A stretch of 63,995 nucleotides of DNA, filler included, from Octopus bimaculoides (lineage: Eukaryota), in NCBI RefSeq assembly GCF_001194135.2. It is 10 parts of 8 records of this genome, joined end to end, with 100 filler letters (N's around TTAATTAATTAA, not from the genome) between each part and the next. Parts side by side here need not be neighbours in the genome. Positions count along the whole stretch, not along the records: positions 5,761 to 23,766 come from NC_068990.1; positions 23,867 to 37,064 come from NC_069001.1; 8 more parts are not named here. The stretch is one strand, 5' to 3'. This document shows positions 11,431 through 25,150 of the stretch, piece by piece. The notes beneath the pieces are model-generated. The model had not been told where the DNA came from and did not search any database. It saw only the letters and a list, made by a program, of their open reading frames with translations. The translations under genes and the position numbers were made by a program. How positions within the stretch are numbered: position 1 is the stretch's first letter; every line of letters begins with the position of its first letter.

Positions 11431-12867
11431 GCTTCATTCACTCATGCTCAACTAAGGCCAGTGGAACGTGGTCATACCACTTACCTGAGCATGGGAGATT
11501 GTATCATCATCATCATCATCATCATCATCCTTAGGTTCAATAAAAGAAATCATTATCATTATTTTTTTTATTTTAAGATATGTTTATTACATATTTCATT
11601 GTTAAATCTCCTTGATGAAGCCATCAATTTTCATTTATTCCCGCAAAATTAATAAAGAAAGTATGGTTGCCAAGGAAACAAGAAAAAATGCTCTGTTGAC
11701 TAACTTTAGGCTATGCTAAATATTGCAAAGAAAACACTTGAGTGTTTGAATGAGATGGGATTAAGTTATTATCTCAGGAATATAACTTATGAGACTGGTT
11801 AAGGATTAGCAGGATATTTCGACCTAATTATTGGCTTGTTTTTAATTCAGACAGAAAATAATAATAAAAAAAAATGTTGGTATCTGACAATGTCTGATAT
11901 CTTTCCTACTGGGTCCTAAGTCTACTTCCCCAGAACAGCTATATTTAGTCTCGTTTCTAAATATTTTTGAGAATGTGTTGGTTTCTCATTATAGTTTAGT
12001 CTTAAGTCATCCTTGACTGAGGAAAATCATGATCAAAAGTACTCTGGTAATTATTATCCTGACTTTCACTCAGACATAAAGTGTATATAGGACTACAAAC
12101 CCATTTTTTTTCCTGTATTACAGGCTGCAAGCTGTGATTTGAAGGTGATTTAGTCGCTGTTACTAGCAAGTTGTGTGGCCATGTAGAGGTTCCCTAATTG
12201 TCTGATATCAGAAAACATATTTTCTAGATATAAGATTATGTATATGTCATATATTCATAACATTTGCATGTATGTGTGTGTGTGTCTAAGTGTCTTCGTA
12301 CATATATGAACTATGTATACATAATGTGTGTGTATGCATGTGTGTGCGTGTGTATGTGTGCACGGTTGTGTGCATGCATATGTGCGTGCATATTTTCAAG
12401 TGTCTTTGCAATGATACTGTTCAGGCAATGTTGACATTTGTTAATGTCCTGCAGTTCAGTGGTTTCATTGTGTGAAGACTAGTGGAAAGAAGTACCGAAT
12501 CTAAAAATGAGCAATGCTTCACATTAGAAAAGGTATCTAGCCATAGAATAGTACCACAAGAAGTCTTGTCCAGTTCATGCTAGCATGGAAAAAGTAGATG
12601 TAAAAATGATGATCAAAGAGGCCATCCACCTAGTGGTAGTAATGTGTGTATGTGTGTGAAGGCATGTGGCTTAGTGGTTAGGGTATTCAGCTCACAATTG
12701 TAAGGTCATGTGTTCAATTCCTAGAAGTGCATTGTGTCCTTGGGCAAGACACTTTATTTCACGTTGCACTAGTTCAGTTGTTTTTAACAGCAGGTCTCAA
12801 AGTAGATAAAGCTATAAAGAATAGCATGTAAATTACTGTCACTCTGTTAGTCACAACAATGAGCATT

Positions 12868-13020
12868 CCAGTTGATCCAATCAACAGAACAGCCTGCTTA
12901 TAAAATTAACATCCAAGAGGTTGAGCACTCCACAGACATGCATACATTTAACGTAGTTCTTGGGGAGATTCAGCATAACACAGAATGTGACAAGGCTGGT
13001 CCTATGAATTACAGGTACCA
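12868..13020 (-). mobile_element. 3' half of SINE family A
   Basis: gttgatcc.atcaacagaaca.cctgct...gagcactcc.cagaca...acgtagttct.gggga.attcagc matches 40447-40590. Confidence 0.75.
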
Positions 13021-13729
13021 CTCATTTTTACCAGTTGAGTTCTGGAGCAATGTGAAATTAAGTGTCTTGCTCAAGGAAACAATATGACATCAAGAATCAA
13101 ACTCACAATCTTATGGTTATTAGCTGAATATCCTAACCACTAAGTTATGCACCTTCACAAAGCATGTAAATATTGGGTTATAAACCTCTAGAATGGTACT
13201 GGGATTTTCCAAAAATCCGCCCAGAGCTGTTAAACGGAAAATTCTATTTTACAAAATTATTTTTTGGCTTAAATAACTGCCTACCTATTATTAAGCGCCC
13301 ATGGGCGGAAATATGGAAGTAAAATATTTCACCTAGGAAAAACAAAGATATTCTCAAAAACCATATTTATTTTATACAATTCCATTGAACTTCTATTGTT
13401 TCAGTTATCAGATATATGGACATAAAGAAACTGAAACAGCCTTAAAAGAAGTAGCATACGAAAAAATATTCTGAAGTTAATGGATCTATTAGAAAACATT
13501 GAAAATTAAACTGTTGAAAACATGAACAGAAGCCTCATATGAACAAATAATGTCCTTGGGTATTTATGGTAGAATAATAACTGAATACTTTCAAGTTAAA
13601 TGTCACAAATTTCTTCATTTGTTGCTTGGCCACAATTCACATCAGAGCTAATTTAACTTACTTGTATCTCAGCTCCTTCAATTTTGTCATTATGTGCATC
13701 TGGCGCATTTACCTCAAGGCCAGACAAAA

Positions 13730-14370
13730 CATCCTGTAAACGTGAGTTTACAGTCTGTCCATGAGGAGCAATTCCACAACATTCAAAAGCACGCTTTATA
13801 GTTTCTTTATTTAAAGTGGTAACGTCTTAGGTCACAAAGTTCACTATCTCTTCATAAGAAGGTTTTTTGCGATATCCTTTATTTGTATACTCCTTTTTGC
13901 CATTTGAAAACCAATTCTCCCATTCAGCATGAAGGGCTTTCTTGAAAGGACCAATAATTGATACACCTAACAGCTGCAAGTAAGATGTTTTAGGAGGTAG
14001 AAGTTTAAGAATTGTATTCTTATGTTTAGGAGGTATAAGTTTAAGAATTGTATTCCTACACTTCTAGGAGCTCTGTTTTCTTGTGCACTGAGAATTCATC
14101 TATGAATAGCACTGAATTTCGAGCATGGAATAGCTGTGCTGTTCTCTTCCCAAACACTTTGTCAGCCCACAGCTGCATGAGCTCATGTGATTGATCCCCT
14201 GTTAAGCAAATATTCTTTGGGACCTTGATTTTAGGCACGTTTTTCAATCCTTTAAGGATAATCATTGTTTTCAACACCTTTCCTGCAGCATTAACACACA
14301 ACACAGCAGTAAAATGAGTTTTGGTAGCACCACAGTGGCTAGCATCTACATTTTTTATTGCCAACAAAGT
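13730..14370 (-). mobile_element. pogo/Tigger-type (DDE_1) transposase remnant
   Basis: THFTAVLCVNAAGKVLKTMIILKG...VLFIDEFSVHK, then LLPPKTSYLQLLGVSIIGPFKK and IKRAFECCGI, typical DDE_1 motifs; frameshifts present. Confidence 0.85.
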
Positions 14371-14545
14371 CTATGGTTGTAGAACTTGAAGGGTTTTAGT
14401 TGATTGAATCAACCACAGTACTTATTTCCTTTTAAGCCAGGTCCTTATTCTATCAATGGCTAAGGCTGAACTGCTAAGTTATGAGGGGCATAAACAAACC
14501 AACACCAGTTTTCAATCAAACCAACATATATATACATACATACTT

Positions 14546-14691
14546 TATTTGTGTATTAAGGCTACCATTGGTTTCATGTTAAGAAAAATATCTTAACAGT
14601 TTTTCAATTCATGTAATCAATTTGAAAAATTGTTACGTTATTAAGATATTCTTCTTAACATGAAACCAATGGTAGCCTTAATACACAAATA
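14546..14691. repeat. Near-perfect inverted repeat (51-bp arms, 1 mismatch, 44-bp spacer), MITE-like
   Basis: 14546-14596 is the reverse complement of 14641-14691; TA at both outer ends. Confidence 0.9.
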
Positions 14692-15196
14692 TATATATAT
14701 ATATATATATANNNNNNNNNNNNNNNNNNNNNNNNNNNNNNNNNNNNNNNNNNNNNNNNNNNNNNNNNNNNNNNNNNNNNNNNNNNNNNNNNNNNNNNNN
14801 NNNNNNNNNNNNNNNNNNNNNNNNNNNNNNNNNNNNNNNNNNNNNNNNNNNNNNNNNNNNNNNNNNNNNNNNNNNNNNNNNNNNNNNNNNNNNNNNNNNN
14901 NNNNNNNNNNNNNNNNNNNNNNNNNNNNNNNNNNNNNNNNNNNNNNNNNNNNNNNNNNNNNNNNNNNNNNNNNNNNNNNNNNNNNNNNNNNNNNNNNNNN
15001 NNNNNNNNNNNNNNNNNNNNNNNNNNNNNNNNNNNNNNNNNNNNNNNNNNNNNNNNNNNNNNNATATCTGTCTATAAATTTATTTCTTGTAGCTTGTGTG
15101 AATTTCTTTCTCTCAAACATGCACCCCCCTCGTATATAACATTAGTAACTATTATCATTATTATTATATAAAATAATTACACATCCAACAATAACA

Positions 15197-15227
<31 letters not shown>

Positions 15228-15451
15228 TTCCATTTTTGCTTTGTTTGGTTCACTTTGGTGTTCATTGTTCTCCTGTCGCAATCTTTTTTTTTTTTGTACA
15301 TTTCTATTTCTTGCAAGAATACTTTTGTAACACAATGTCTAAAATGTCTAAATTACACATTTATTTCAATAGCACTTATATCACATGTTCTACAATCTCT
15401 ATACACATGCACAAAGACTGTTTCAATGCTAGATGAACCAAAGTGCCATAT

Positions 15452-15453
15452 AA

Positions 15454-15489
<36 letters not shown>

Positions 15490-15619
15490 CAGCAGCAGCA
15501 GCAGCAAAGTAGCAGCAGCAGTAGTAGTGGTGGTGGTGGTGGTGGTGGTGCTGCTGCTGCTGCTGGTTGTAGCAGTGATGACAGCTGCAGTAGTAGTAGT
15601 AGTAGTTGTGGTGGTGGTG

Positions 15620-15655
<36 letters not shown>

Positions 15656-15680
15656 GTAACAGCAGAAGTAGTAGTAGTAG
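15452..15680. repeat. Compound trinucleotide microsatellite (AGT/AGC/GGT/GCT)
   Basis: Directly visible. Confidence 0.95.
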
Positions 15681-16450
15681 TGTGGGTGTTGGCATGATAT
15701 TGTAGTAGACAAAGTTTGCTTTGGAACTCTCTGTAGCTTCAGCTTTGATTATGCTACACAGCACTTTCTTTTGGGCAAATGTCTTCTACAAACAGTTTTG
15801 TATCAACCAAAAAATTCCTTGTGAGTGAAATTTGGTTGATGGAATCATGTTCAGTCCATGGAAGCAATAAGGACTATCTAGTCATTTTTAAGGCTGATTG
15901 ATGACTTGAGCAGTGACTTTGTTTAAAGTGAACAAGTGTTGTATACTGTCGACCTCACTCTCTCATCCATGACCAGCTTCAATCTAGCAGGACAAACAGG
16001 ATGAGCAGGTCAAGACAACTGGGGGTGGAGACACATGCAGTGGATGACCAAAATATTTAACTTGCTCATCGTGCTTTCTGAACTCCACGAGGGAAAGGCA
16101 ATTTCAGGATTGCTTAGCTGCAGTTGATTCTCTCTTTGTTGAACCATAAAGGTTTCTTCAACCGAGCTCATTGGATCCTGTTTTCACATGCATAGGGAAG
16201 GAAAGCCCTAAAATGTGAATAAATAAGCATTAGATTAAATGAGGTAATCTGAATGCTAAAGGGTTGATATACATATAAAGCATCCTAGATTTGAATGGAA
16301 TTATAATAGGACACGAAGACTAGGTAGAGCAGTGGTCTGCAGAAGTGCACTGCAAGAAGTATCAAGATGCATTGCAAAATTCTTTTTAAATTATAATTTA
16401 GGGCTTTAAAAATTTATACTGTTGTTTGAACATTTTGAAAAACATTTATT

Positions 16451-16640
16451 TACGAGGATGGGCTGAAAAGTTCATAGGTTATGAAGGAGTGATGCTAGAG
16501 CTGTGAAATCTTGCATGCATTAATTTCATCACCCTTTATTAATAACTGCATTGTTTCTTTCCAGGTAAACTGACATCTAACTGTTCAAAAAAGACTTCAA
16601 AAGTAACTAGCAGCGACTTCTCTTGAAAATGGACAAAATT
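16451..16640 (+). mobile_element. Mariner-type terminal remnant
   Basis: TACGAGGATGGGCTGAAAAGTTCATAGG resembles a mariner TIR; ends near ttgaaaATGGACAAAATT (MDKI-like start). Confidence 0.5.
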
Positions 16641-16976
16641 TAGCATTGTGGTTGCTATCACTGCTGTTACCGCAGGATGTGATGTTCGTGATATTCTTGT
16701 TGTTTCTGCTGCTATTTCTACCATTGCTGCTGTTACTGGTAGATACCAGCTCTGCCTCATAGATCACTGCCTTGGAGTTGCACTGACCACCCAATAGGCG
16801 TTCATTGGTAACCCTACATGAACATTCTGTCTTTGTGTGGGGCTTAGAGACATTCACTAAAATCTTGTTAACACTGGATGCACAGCTGAATGGGGCTCTT
16901 AAGTTGTCTATTAAATACTCGCTGTACCTATGGGATTATGTGAAATACTTATCCATTAATCTAAAGAAGATCGGGA

Positions 16977-17714
16977 TCTTTCTGAATTGACGAGTGCCAC
17001 TTGTTTTCTGAACGAAATACTTTCAAACTTGGGATACTGGTAGAATGTGTCATATAAAACATCTTTTTCTCTTAGCCTTCTTAACAAAACTTTCTATATT
17101 GCAAATAATTTCATGTTAAAGTTGTCGTATTTCTGTAATTTCAACCAATCACTGACGTCTATTCAGCTGAATACAGTTACTGCTGTTTTTGTAAACATTA
17201 ATTTTTGCCAGTGTCAAGATCGTTATTCCCTGGTAATTATATCGTTATTCCCTAGTAAGGGTTTAGAGTTTTAGGGTTAGAGTTAGGGTTAGGGTTATGA
17301 GCTAGGTTATGGCAAAAATAATCATAACCCTAACCCTAACTCTAAAACCCGAACCCTAACCCTAAAACTAAAACCAGTACAAACACACGAACGATGTTAT
17401 AAATAACAGTACCGCCAATAGTTGTTGTTGACAAACAACAGCACTAATTTTATTTAAGGGAAAAGATCCCATTACACCACACAACGTTTTTGTTTACAAT
17501 CCATAGCAGTAATTGTTTTCACCTCAATAGACGTCAGTGATTGGTTGAAATTACCGAAATACGACAATTTTTTACATGAAATAATTTCCAATACAAAAAG
17601 TTTTATCTGTTCTATAGCATAAAATATACAAGTATACGAAGTTTGAAAGTGTTTCGGTACCAAAAACACTAAATAAAACATAAATAAAAAGTGGCGCCCG
17701 TCAATTCAGAAAGA
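16977..17714. mobile_element. Nested foldback element with long imperfect TIRs and an inverted TTAGGG/CCCTAA core
   Basis: 16977-17002 pairs with 17689-17714; 17086-17197 pairs with 17491-17604; the (TTAGGG)-like tract at about 17258-17300 faces the (CCCTAA)-like tract at about 17321-17365. Confidence 0.85.
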
Positions 17715-18329
17715 CCTGAAGATCGTTCTCACACAGGTCTGATGCTGAGCAAGGGTGGGGCAAACCAGATGACCTTACAATGGTGCATTCTTTTGTACTT
17801 TTGTAGGTATTAGGTTCCAGCATAAAAGAGATGCAGTCCTTAAATTCATTGGCTGTCAAAGCCTCGTTGTAATATAGGGCTGCAGCATTTGAAACCTCTT
17901 TATTTGAGGACAGGTTTGAAATCCTCTCACTGATATGTTAATGTGTTTGTTTTTATATTCAGTTAAGATAAAAATAATTTTACATTAATCTGATGGCTTA
18001 ATCCATACTTTTGTAGAGTACAAATTTATTATTCTTTAACAAGAATAGTATTGACAGTGACTTTAAAGTTTCAGCTACCAAAGCTATCCTTGGTCTGTCC
18101 AACAATGGCTTAATTGGCTGAAACTTCAAAATCACTATCATTACTATTCTTGTAAGGACTGAGTGCATCAATTAACACATTTTGAAAACTATATTGCACA
18201 CAAATCAAAAACTATTGTAGATTTTGACGTTGTGGTGTTTGACTTTTCATAGTTTTATGATATCTATATACACTACAATTTATAGGCTGTTTGCACCAAC
18301 TGTAAAATTAATAAACCACATGCTACCTA

Positions 18330-19060
18330 TATGGACGCATTGGTAACTTTTGAAACTTGCACCTGCTTATATTTATAAATACATGTGACAATATTTTAGA
18401 TATTCAGTAATTGCATAGCCTTTATAGCTTGCAAAACAAAACTGCAGTTTAGTTGGAACAATTAGTGAGAACAGAAGGGAATTACTTGAAGCAGTAAAAC
18501 AGGTGAAACCAGTTTATAAAATTGTGATTTTTAAATCCACAGAAAAGCCTACAGTCACACATCATACCAGTGGGAAAAAAATGAAAGTCTGTTGTGGTTT
18601 TCAGTACCTTACATCAACATGCAGATGTTCCTTCAGAAAATAAACCCAAGAAGAAGCCTGACATCATACTTTTTTTATAACAAAATTAAGGTAGGCTGAG
18701 ACGTGCTTGACCAAACAGCAAGGCTTTATTCAGTCAAAGCAAGCAGTAAACAATGGACAATGCACATTTTTTTATATTTTGGATGTTATTCTTACAAACA
18801 GCTGGGTAATATAGACAAGTGTTTGCAAATAAGTCATTAGACGACTGGAATATATTCAAAAAGTTGCTGAAAAGCTTCATGGTGATTCACCTCATAGTCA
18901 TTCATGTACTATCAAACACCCTGTTGAGGAAACATCTACCTCTAGAAATGTGTAAAAACATGTGGAAACAAAATGCTGAAACAGAATCAAAGAAATGTAT
19001 GGAGTCTATAAAAACCTCTATGTGGCAAATGTGTACTAAAACATTGCGATGAATGTTTAG
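18330..19060 (+). mobile_element. piggyBac transposase remnant (catalytic C-half and Cys-rich tail)
   Basis: INTCDN..., TAVLVGTISENRREL, STLHQH, KKKPDIILFYNKIKVG*DVLDQTARLYSVKASSKQWTMHIF..LDVILTNSWVI, and KPLCGKC; several stops and frameshifts. Confidence 0.85.
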
Positions 19061-19286
19061 AATTTCAATAAATTTCATTTTATTTTGTAATGATAAATTT
19101 CTTTCAAAATATCAAACTATTATGACAAATATCATCGTAAGGTCATAAAATTCAAAAGATATATACATTTAATAAAGGTTTTTCACCTCTCCTTTTCCTT
19201 TCATTTCAAATTGAGAAACATCTTTGCATCAATTAACACATTCTGGTCCTTAAAGATAGGTGAACAGCCTGATTCTCCTAATGTTA

Positions 19287-19360
<74 letters not shown>

Positions 19361-20007
19361 TTATTTATTTATGTATGCATGTATATATACAAATATATAT
19401 ATATATATATATACACAAATATATATATATATGATAATAATATTAGGGATAAAAATCCCAATTTACAGGTAAAAACTCAATTTAATTTAATTTATCAAAA
19501 ATTAAAATTAGATTAAGTTTATATGATATATGAATATATAATTTAGAGAAAAGAACCACAGTTCCTGAACTCATCCATAAAAATCCACAGTCACATATAG
19601 AAAAAAATTTATAAGTAAATACACTAAAAAGAACTATAATAAAATACAAAGTAATAATTATTAAAACAATAAAATGACTACACGTGTTTCATAACCAAAT
19701 TTTCAAATTGAAAATAAAATAAAATAAAATCGTTAAATAGGATATATGGTGCACCATAACCCGGAGACACATCCAGGTGTAGGAGGTTGGTCTGGGATTT
19801 TTTGAAGAACTTTGTGAAGTTATGGGTACGTAAACACACCATCATCGGTTGTCAAGCGATGTTGGGGGGGACAAACACAGACAAACAAACATATACAGAC
19901 ACATACATATATACATATACATATATACGACGGGCTTCTTTCAGACACTTGCCCAAGGTGCCACGCATGTGGTTGGTAATGTGTATATATATACAAATGT
20001 ATATATG

Positions 20008-20060
<53 letters not shown>

Positions 20061-23000
20061 CATGATTTATTTGCAATCAGAGTTGATCGAAAACCAAGAT
20101 GCTACTGTATATATATGTGTGTTTGTGTGCATGTGTACATTTAAATTATAATCTGAAATGTATTTATTGTATTTTTGAAAAATGTTTGTGTAAGTCACCT
20201 AGGTATGTGGTATATGAGGTTAATCAGCTGAATTTGGAAGTCAAAATCTTAGGGAAAATACCAAAGCCTGAATTATTTCATTGTTCAACCTTTCAGTGAA
20301 GTATAGACCAAAATTGTTCAAAATATTCTATCAGTGTTTAATGAAAATCTGTACAAGTACAAAGGGAATTTAATTACATATCTGTATTGTTATTCATGAA
20401 GTTTTTTAATGTAATATTGCTCTATTGTATTATAGACAATACATCACCCCCATACACATATATGCATGCATGTACACAAGCACACACATATTGTGTATGT
20501 ATGTATGCACTAGTGTAGCTGGGGGAGGGTCCACTCTGGGTAGAACTTTTATAGGGGCACCACTTTTGGGTCTGTTGTATGCAATATGTGTTTTTTATGG
20601 GGTCCTGGGACAGCAAACGGAAGGGCCATCCTGGGTGGTACTCATTCTGGCTATGGTGGGGCACCACCTCAAAGGGTTTTTAGTCAAATGAATCAACCCC
20701 AGCATTTATTTTTTTTTAAGACTGGTATTTATTCTATCAGTGTCTTGTGGGGACATAAACACACTGACACTGGTTGTCAAGAAGNNNNNNNNNNNNNNNN
20801 NNNNNNNNNNNNNNNNNNNNNNNNNNNNNNNNNNNNNNNNNNNNNNNNNNNNNNNNNNNNNNNNNNNNNNNNNNNNNNNNNNNNTGTTTCACCAGAGAAG
20901 TCTGAGTTTCCTAGCAATGGCGTTTTGTTACGCGGGTTTTATCTTCTTTTCCATGTAATTTTGCATGCTTTCAATGAATGTCACATCAAAATCACACGTA
21001 AACGACTCCTTTCCCTGGGAAAGTTAAGATTTGGCTGCTATTTCTTGCTCACCTTGCTACCATGTAACAGGTATTTTGGATCCTTTATTACAAATAGCTG
21101 TTATGTGGTGGAAGGGCATGCTAGAAATGGCAGACAAATCTTTGGAGGTGAGATATGTTGAATGTACTCGAAAGAAACCTATGGAAAAAAAAATTATTTC
21201 ACATCAAGGTTATGAATGGGTTTTATACAAAATATTTACCGTATTTTTAAAGTCATTTTTGCTTAAAAATATTTTGCCCATCCTAATGTGTCTAATGGAA
21301 AGTTTTGAGTTTCTTCCCTTTCAGGGTGAAGTTATTTTCTGAGTATTTTCCCATTATGCACCATTTTGGGTATTTATACCCCAAAACCCTGAATATCTCA
21401 ATAACTATTAGTATGATTTATGCGAAACTTGTTCTATTCTGTTTGTATCCACATTTCAGGGGCACTACTTTCAAAGTATTTTCCCATTATGTGCCAGTTT
21501 GGCTGTGTAATGTTTCAAGCAAGCAAGCAAGATTGAACTTCACTTTTAATAGTATATAGATAGATGTCTATATATGATGGACTTCTTTCAGTTTCCATCT
21601 ATCAAATCCACTCACAAGGCTTTGGTTGGCCCAAGGCTATAGCAGAAACAAGGTGTCACACAGTGGGACTGTACCTAGAACCATGTGTTTGGGAAGCAAA
21701 CTTCTAACACATCCATACCTGTTCTTATCTCTTAAAGTGGGGAGTATCATGGTTGGAATGCTTTAATTCATAGTACTTCTCAATCAGAGCTAACCTGGGG
21801 TGAAAGAATAACAACAATGAAAACAGTAATAGCAGAAAAAAAAAAAATCAGTGTCTCTGCAATGCTAAAAATAAATAAGGGAAAAAATTCACTCATGTTC
21901 ATGGTTCTGTTTAAAACCAACATTTTGAGCAGTTACCACTGTTTAGTCCTGTGGATGACTTGAAACTGTATCATCTGTAATGGGGCCATGGATTGGTAGT
22001 TCCAGAGTTTTGAGGAGTGTGGAACCACAGCTTCGTCACTATTGTTCCTAGATCTGCCCTGACCTGGAGTAGTATCATGTCAGGATTCCAGCTATAAATA
22101 GTATGTAACACCCCTCCCCTCCCTGCACTTCACTTTCCTTGACAGGACCCGAGACAGGGTTCATTGAATTCATGTGACCCAGCATGGTGGATGTAAAGTA
22201 TTTCAGCAAATGAACTTATTGAGTCAATGGCAAATATTACTAGATGCTAAGCAGATGATCTAACAACAATAAACTGTCAATAGCCAGGATCAACTAGTTC
22301 AGTCAGCGAACTACAGCTATCATCTGTTGTCATGGCACGCACAGATGTGATATTTCGGTTAATGAAAGACCAATGCAACTAAAACCCAAGTCAGACATTC
22401 ATACTGCATTGCTCAACTGGGACGTCTGGCTGAGAAGAGATCATTAGTCTGGACAAGTCACCCAACTGGATGATGACCACTGGAACCTTGTGGATATGAT
22501 CTTCTTGTTGAAAATCTAAGATTGGATATTAGCAACAAACAACAACAAAGGAATATTTATTTCCTGTGTGTTTTTTGCAAAGGACAAAAAATGCAAAAAT
22601 TGCAATTTTTTTTCACCAACTTTATTTTGATTGTGTGAAAATGTTCTTGTTGGCTTAATGGTTAGAGTGTTGCATTCATGTTGCGCTCTGTTTCTTACTT
22701 ATATCAGTATAAAGGCATTGTTAACTGTATACATCAAAATTTAACTTGCTACCAATTCCCAGACAGGATGGTGCATTGTGTTCTTGATCAAAAACACTTC
22801 ATTTCATGTAGCTCCAGTTTTAAGTTGAAGAAATAAAATACCAGTAAAGTACTGGGGTCAGTTGGGGGACCATCTTGAAGGGTTTTAGTTGAACAGATTT
22901 ACCCCAGTGTTCATGTTTTATTTTTTATTTTTGTTTTGAGTCTGGTACTTATTTTATGGATATCTTTTGCTTAACTGCAAAGTTACAAGGAGGTAAACAA

Positions 23001-23312
23001 ACCAACATCAATTGCTAAGCAGTGGTGGTGACAAACATAGACACACACACATATACATGAGTGACCATGACCTTTGGTGATATGCTGTGCTTGAGAAGAC
23101 TCATCAAGCCAAGTGAAATCATAGTCAGGGCCATTGGCAGGGTCAGGTAAATGGCATCCATGCTAGTGACATGTAAAAAGCACCCACAACTGTAGAAACC
23201 GATGCCAAATCAGACTGGAACATGGTGCAGCTCTCCAGCTTACCAGTTCCAGTCAAATTGTTTAACCCATGCCAGCATGGAAACCGGATGTTAAATGATG
23301 ATGATGATATGC

Positions 23313-23353
<41 letters not shown>

Positions 23354-23533
23354 ATGAACTCTCACACAATTTCTGCCTACCAAATTCACCCACAAGGCAT
23401 TGGTTGGCCCAAGGTTATAGTAGAAGTCACTTACCCAAGAGCTGCACAGTAAGACTGAACCAGAAAGCACATGATAGCAAAGTGAGCTTCTTAACCACAC
23501 AACCATGCCTGATTGGTACTTATTTTATTAACC

Positions 23534-23766
23534 CATCATCATCATCATCATCATCGTTTAACGTCCGCTTTCCATGCTAGCATGGGTTGGACGATTTGAC
23601 TGAGGACTGGTGAAACCGGATGGCAACACCAGGCTCCAGTCTGATTTGGCAGAGTTTCTACAGCTGGATGCCCTTCCTAACGCCAACCACTCAGAGAGTG
23701 TAGTGGGTGCTTTTACGTGTCACCCGCACGAAAACGGCCACGCTCGAAATGGTGTCTTTTATGTGC
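23534..23766 (-). mobile_element. RTE-type LINE 3' UTR with (ATG)n tail, cut by the scaffold end
   Basis: Near-identical to 35303-35490, which is attached to RTE RT sequence. Confidence 0.75.
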
Positions 23767-23866
23767 NNNNNNNNNNNNNNNNNNNNNNNNNNNNNNNNNN
23801 NNNNNNNNNNTTAATTAATTAANNNNNNNNNNNNNNNNNNNNNNNNNNNNNNNNNNNNNNNNNNNN
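23767..23866. other. Artificial scaffold spacer
   Basis: 44 N + TTAATTAATTAA (23811-23822) + 44 N. Confidence 0.97.
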
Positions 23867-25150
23867 GCACATGTCTACAATCATCAGATGAATTGATTTT
23901 TATTTGTCCACAAGGGACTAACACAGAGGGGACAAGACAAGAAATCAGGGTGATTCACCTAACGAATGATGAAACTGTTTAAAATTTACGATATATAATT
24001 TAACGAATGATAAATATGAAGTGATGGACAGGTATGACCCCACAGACCACAATCCACCACTGAACCTTTTCAGAATCTTTATGTTCTCCCTTAAGATGGT
24101 ACAACCACTCTCAACATGTATGCCACGTTCTTCCATCTTTTCTCATGTTGCCTGCCACACTACTCCTTTGATGCAAGACTTCCACACAACCTCTTTTGCA
24201 ATCACAATTACAGTGAAAAAACAGACCGTCCCTTCCCTTTCCAGAGGGAGTAGTGGAACAATCTTTATAATTGACTCGGAAGACAACTGTACTCTTCCTA
24301 AATGTGACAGCAGATGTTCAGCATAAATGCACAACTCTGATAGTTTCGGGCATTGCACAATAGCACTCAGAACAGTTTCACTGCTCTGCTCACATCTTGG
24401 GCTGGCATGAAGAGCTGTGCCTGGTGAGTTTATCTCCAACTGGTAGGGCTCTTTGGTAGCATTGCCAAGCCAGGGGCTTTTGGAAGTTATCCAAAGGCTC
24501 CAGCCCAAATATTCTTTTGAGCAGGTTGGTAAGTTGACTATTGTTGAAGCCCAGGGATTCCCCCCACAATATTGTCACACTTGGCCTCTACTAACCCTGT
24601 ATAGACTGACCAGGAGAGAAGTGTGACAGCCTGCCATGCTCCCAGCTTAGGTCCATGCTTGATCCAAGGTTCCAATACACTGAAACTAGTGAAACAAGCA
24701 ATCATTCCAACTTCCTTAGCCATGAAGTAGGGCAACGCTCGACAGTTAGGCAGTGAGTGATTACAGATGTGATAAACACATTTACAACCTCCACCCTCCC
24801 TTTCAGGGATAACTACTCTTCATACCAAGTCTGGGCTAGGCGAGTCACTTTCCTCGTAACCTCGCTCCAGTTCTTCTCCATCTGGAGGTCTGGACTGAAC
24901 CAAGCCTCTTGCATTTTAACTGGACCATCCATCCAACTTCCACAAAGCTGTTGGGCAGCATCGACTTGCCTCTCCAGGTGGGAAGTTGCAAGCCGACTGA
25001 CTTATCACAGTTAATTTGTGCTCCTGCCACCGCCTCATAATCCTGAATGGCCTAGCCTACCCTCTGTAGGTGTTCCACCTCAGACACGATGATGGTGATG
25101 TTGTCCGCATATGCCATAACTGACCTTCCACAACCTAGATCACACAGGAT
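23867..25150 (-). mobile_element. 5'-truncated Tx1/L1-clade LINE (RT C-half, zf-RVT, 3' UTR), degenerate
   Basis: SVMAYADNITIIVS (YADD-like), YEAVAGAQINCDKSVGL, LSLKGRVEVVNVFITSVI, and SPRCEQSSETVLSAIVQCP (C-terminal zinc motif); stops and frameshifts. Confidence 0.85.

Noticed and set aside
15353-15764. Poly-Ser/Val/Leu/His ORFs, also at 52561-53807, 55613-56369 and 57822-58163
   Set aside because: Translations of trinucleotide microsatellites, open in several frames, with no splice or codon support.
17258-17365. Ancient telomere-telomere chromosome fusion site
   Set aside because: The tracts are very short and sit inside much longer non-telomeric inverted arms; a foldback element explains them better.
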